This document shows positions 30,460-32,619 of a DNA stretch of 32,619 bases, piece after piece. The position numbers were made by a program, and so were the translations under genes. Positions within the stretch are counted from its first letter, which is position 1. Each line of letters begins with the position of its first letter. The notes beneath the pieces were generated by a model that saw only the letters and a program-made list of their open reading frames with translations, had not been told where the DNA came from and made no database searches. Source of the DNA: a virus; the IMG/VR virus record IMGVR_UViG_3300020477_000009. One strand, written 5' to 3'.

Positions 30460-30667
30460 AGAAGAATCTTATTTAAGACCTGGCAATTCTCCCTGGTCAA
30501 GACTAGTAGCCAAAACACCAGAAGACTCTATTCCAGGGTTGGTATTAGCACAATATAAAGAACCTCTAATTTGCATCCCCTGGTATGTCTATAATGGAGA
30601 TTTTGCAGGAGACAATCGGATAACATCGGTCATTCCTTTTTCAGAGTGGCTAAATAGAGAGGTATAA
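30431..30667 (+). CDS. Hypothetical protein (78 aa from ATG 30431)
   Basis: ORF in the rightward early operon. The track start is GTG 30422, and ATG 30431 is 9 nt downstream in frame. Confidence 0.55.
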   Translation: MQTWMLGITKEESYLRPGNSPWSRLVAKTPEDSIPGLVLAQYKEPLICIPWYVYNGDFAGDNRITSVIPFSEWLNREV

Positions 30668-30672
30668 TTATA

Positions 30673-30864
30673 ATGACTGAATATAATGTAGAATTAATGT
30701 ATATGAAACAACAAGCCAAAAACACCATAACGGCTTTAAGTTGTGATAATGGCATCTTGGAAGAACGTTATGCAGATGGTACAAGAAACGTTTGGATTAG
30801 AACATGGTTAGGTTTTAAACAAAAAGCTAACAGGGAACGATATCGTGAGAAAAGGCATATCTGA
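30673..30864 (+). CDS. Hypothetical protein (63 aa)
   Basis: ORF in the rightward early operon. No motif recognised. Confidence 0.55.
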   Translation: MTEYNVELMYMKQQAKNTITALSCDNGILEERYADGTRNVWIRTWLGFKQKANRERYREKRHI

Positions 30865-31102
30865 ATCTTTAGCTGATTCCCCTTGCACGGGTAGATGTGC
30901 AAATTTGGGGTATCCAGGTCAAGTTAGATGTGTAGCGTGTGGAAGAACCAGGGAGCAAATAGAAAGGTGGGACAGATTACCAGAAGTAGAGAGAAAACTT
31001 ATTAACATAGAGAATTGGGAAAAATATATGTCGAGACAAAAAAGGGATGGATTAATAAAAGATAAAATATCCATAGATAATAAATTAAATGGCGAGAATT
31101 AG
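30845..31102 (+). CDS. DUF1289-like Cys4 (putative Fe-S/metal-binding) protein (85 aa, GTG start)
   Basis: SPCTGRCANLGYPGQVRCVACGRTREQIERWDRLPEVER parallels E. coli YdhL SPCRGICQSDERGFCRGCFRSRDERFNWNKMSDGEK. Confidence 0.65.
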   Translation: MRKGISESLADSPCTGRCANLGYPGQVRCVACGRTREQIERWDRLPEVERKLINIENWEKYMSRQKRDGLIKDKISIDNKLNGEN

Positions 31103-31241
31103 AAAACAAAGAATAACTGTCTATGACGCACAAAAGAAAAGATATAAAAAGACAAGTATTGGGAATAGCCCTAACTCTTTCGGTAATGGCAGAAATAAAC
31201 GTAAGCCGAAACAGAGCAAATACAGAGGGCAGGGCAAATAA
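31089..31241 (+). CDS. Possible unlisted 50-aa very basic micro-protein
   Basis: My translation: MARIRKQRITVYDAQKKRYKKTSIGNSPNSFGNGRNKRKPKQSKYRGQGK (about one third K/R). It fills an otherwise empty 175-bp gap. No clear RBS. Confidence 0.3.
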   Translation: MARIRKQRITVYDAQKKRYKKTSIGNSPNSFGNGRNKRKPKQSKYRGQGK

Positions 31242-31277
31242 GAGTTTTATTAACTAGATAACTATAAGGAGGGAAAA

Positions 31278-31832
31278 ATGATAGATCTAGGTATAAATGC
31301 AGGTAATTCAGGAAACAACTGGATTTCTTATAAACCAAGGGATGATATGTGGACATATTCCGAAGGTGAAATGGACCTAAAAGTGTTTGTGCTTGATTAC
31401 GAAAGCATGAAAGCTGGATGGGGTAAAATTTCAATGGGTAAAGCCCCACAATGGGTATGGGATGAACCCCTGGGTGTCGTTGGGAAAAATCCTGGTGCTA
31501 CACCCGAAGAACAGGATGAATGGTCAAGGGGTATGAGTGTGGAATTGTATGTCCTTGATAAAGAAAAGGGCATTGATGATGTACTTACTTGGGCTTCAAC
31601 GGGTATTGGAGCAAACCAGGGTTTGAATATCATCTTCCAGGAAATAGATAAATTAAGAAAAGATAATCCAGGTTTATCTCCCGTCCTAAAGTACACAGGT
31701 TCAGAAAAGACCACTTATAGAACTCGTATTCCCCAATTCGAAATTCTTAAATGGATAGAAAAACCATTAGCGTTTACAAAAGCAGCAGAAGTTTCTACAC
31801 CAGAAACAGATGAAGACGATGTTCCATTTTAG
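31278..31832 (+). CDS. Candidate single-stranded DNA-binding protein (184 aa) with an SSB-type acidic C-terminal tail
   Basis: Strong RBS AAGGAGGG upstream. The C-terminus ...TPETDEDDVPF mimics the bacterial SSB tip (DFDDDIPF). It lies immediately upstream of the replicase. The body of the protein is not recognisable to me. Confidence 0.45.
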   Translation: MIDLGINAGNSGNNWISYKPRDDMWTYSEGEMDLKVFVLDYESMKAGWGKISMGKAPQWVWDEPLGVVGKNPGATPEEQDEWSRGMSVELYVLDKEKGIDDVLTWASTGIGANQGLNIIFQEIDKLRKDNPGLSPVLKYTGSEKTTYRTRIPQFEILKWIEKPLAFTKAAEVSTPETDEDDVPF

Positions 31833-31840
31833 TCTGAATC

Positions 31841-32619
31841 ATGGAGGGGATAAAAAAATCAGCACAAGTATATTCTGATTTAGGTTTACACTTAGTCGCA
31901 ATCAAGGAGGGTTCAAAAGGTCCTACTACTAAGAATTGGCACAATGAGGGTATTAATGTAAAAGAGTTGAATGAAAATCAAAACATTGGACTCATTCACA
32001 ACCTCTCTAGTACCTGCTCAATAGATATAGATAGTAGAGAAGACGCTATAAAAGTCTTTCAAAACTACTTGGGGTTAGATCCAGTAGAAATGAAAAGAGT
32101 CTATCCCTGTTGGCGTGGTAAAAAAGACGGCATTAAATTTCTATTCAAAATGCCGAATATAGACCATGTGGGGATAAAGAAATTAATTTACAAAGATAAC
32201 GAACAAGTTATTACTGTCTTTGAATTGAGAGGGAGTACAACGGGAACAGGAGTCCAAGACCTACTTCCCCCTAGCGTCCATCCCCAGGGCCATAGGTACG
32301 AATGGATTAATCCATTACCCTCTCAGTTCTCCGATATACCCGAATTACCCGAAAGATTAGTAGAATTGTGGAGTAATTGGGAGATTGAAGAACCAGGAAT
32401 GCTGAATTGTTTAGGGTATTTTAAGCCAGAGACTATTAAGCGACAATTAGAGCCAAACGTAGATTCAGAAGATATTATTACTCGTTTCAATGCTACCTAT
32501 AGCGTTGAAAATATTTTGTTAAAAAATGGCTATGAAAAGAGGGGTGAAAATCGTTTTTTATCTCCCCATAGTCAAACCAAAACTCCTGGTGTTATTCTCT
32601 TAGATGATGGAAGTATTTA
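31841..32619 (+). CDS. Replicase, N-terminal part: bifunctional primase-polymerase (Prim-Pol) domain. Open at the window end; continues at base 1.
   Basis: My translation shows no stop from ATG 31841 to 32619: MEGIKKSAQVYSDLGLHLVAIKEGSKGPTTKNW...CSIDIDSRED...VFELRGSTTGTGVQDLLPPSVHPQGHRYEW. The K.P...W, DxD and PPS.H..G..Y.W motifs are of the Prim-Pol type. Position 32543 is a codon start and equals base 1 of frame 1. Confidence 0.8.
   Translation, partial: MEGIKKSAQVYSDLGLHLVAIKEGSKGPTTKNWHNEGINVKELNENQNIGLIHNLSSTCSIDIDSREDAIKVFQNYLGLDPVEMKRVYPCWRGKKDGIKFLFKMPNIDHVGIKKLIYKDNEQVITVFELRGSTTGTGVQDLLPPSVHPQGHRYEWINPLPSQFSDIPELPERLVELWSNWEIEEPGMLNCLGYFKPETIKRQLEPNVDSEDIITRFNATYSVENILLKNGYEKRGENRFLSPHSQTKTPGVILLDDGSI
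32543..32619. repeat. Right copy of the 77-bp terminal overlap (identical to 1-77)
   Basis: Read directly; see the left copy. Confidence 0.95.

Noticed and set aside
1-32619. Search for tRNA, rRNA, reverse transcriptase/DGR template-variable repeat pairs, transposases and toxin-antitoxin pairs
   Set aside because: I recognised none by eye. The intergenic gaps are too short or lack cloverleaf-like structure. No RT motifs (YxDD) appear in any sizeable ORF, and there is no long near-identical repeat pair apart from the terminal overlap. tRNAscan-SE or Infernal and a self-dot-plot would settle this.

Overview
The window is one complete, circularly closed genome of a tailed dsDNA phage with a lambda-like gene order. 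Bases 1-77 are identical to 32543-32619, so the non-redundant unit is 32542 bp. The replicase gene that runs off the right end (from 31841) continues in frame at base 1. The DNA is AT-rich (roughly mid to upper 30s % GC by eye). It carries about 50 tightly packed genes, all on the + strand except one 2-kb leftward block (28204-30189). Gene order on the circle: (1) a divergent control region (30190-30255); (2) rightward early genes: an RHH-like regulator, small ORFs, a DUF1289-like Cys4 protein, a protein with an SSB-type acidic tail, and a primase-polymerase/helicase; (3) an iteron cluster (1321-1446); (4) a DNA methyltransferase, small ORFs, a small HTH ORF and a displaced gpZ-like gene; (5) a repeat-rich candidate cos region; (6) head genes: Nu1-like TerS, GpA-like TerL, a gpW-like gene, a lambda-type portal and a fused prohead protease-scaffold-HK97 capsid gene; (7) tail genes: FII-, U- and V-like genes, a G/GT chaperone pair with an A-run slippery site, the tape measure, an M/L/K/J-type tip module resembling RcGTA g12-g15, and a tail fibre with an S74 chaperone domain; (8) a 3.9-kb cassette of five envelope-targeted proteins of unknown function; (9) a GTA-type 3TM holin, a 36-aa TM micro-ORF, a GH24 lysozyme and a PD-(D/E)XK nuclease. 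I saw no integrase, CI-type repressor, tRNA, CRISPR array or reverse transcriptase. The items most worth follow-up are: the secreted/membrane cassette between the tail fibre and the holin; a 33-nt intergenic element (TTGACA-N8-ATGGCACTTAWTGTTTTTA) present three times, once facing a gene-free 244-bp region; the CGTACAAA iteron cluster; the protease-capsid fusion; and the SSB-tail protein. All functional calls come from motif and synteny recognition by eye, not from alignments or searches.
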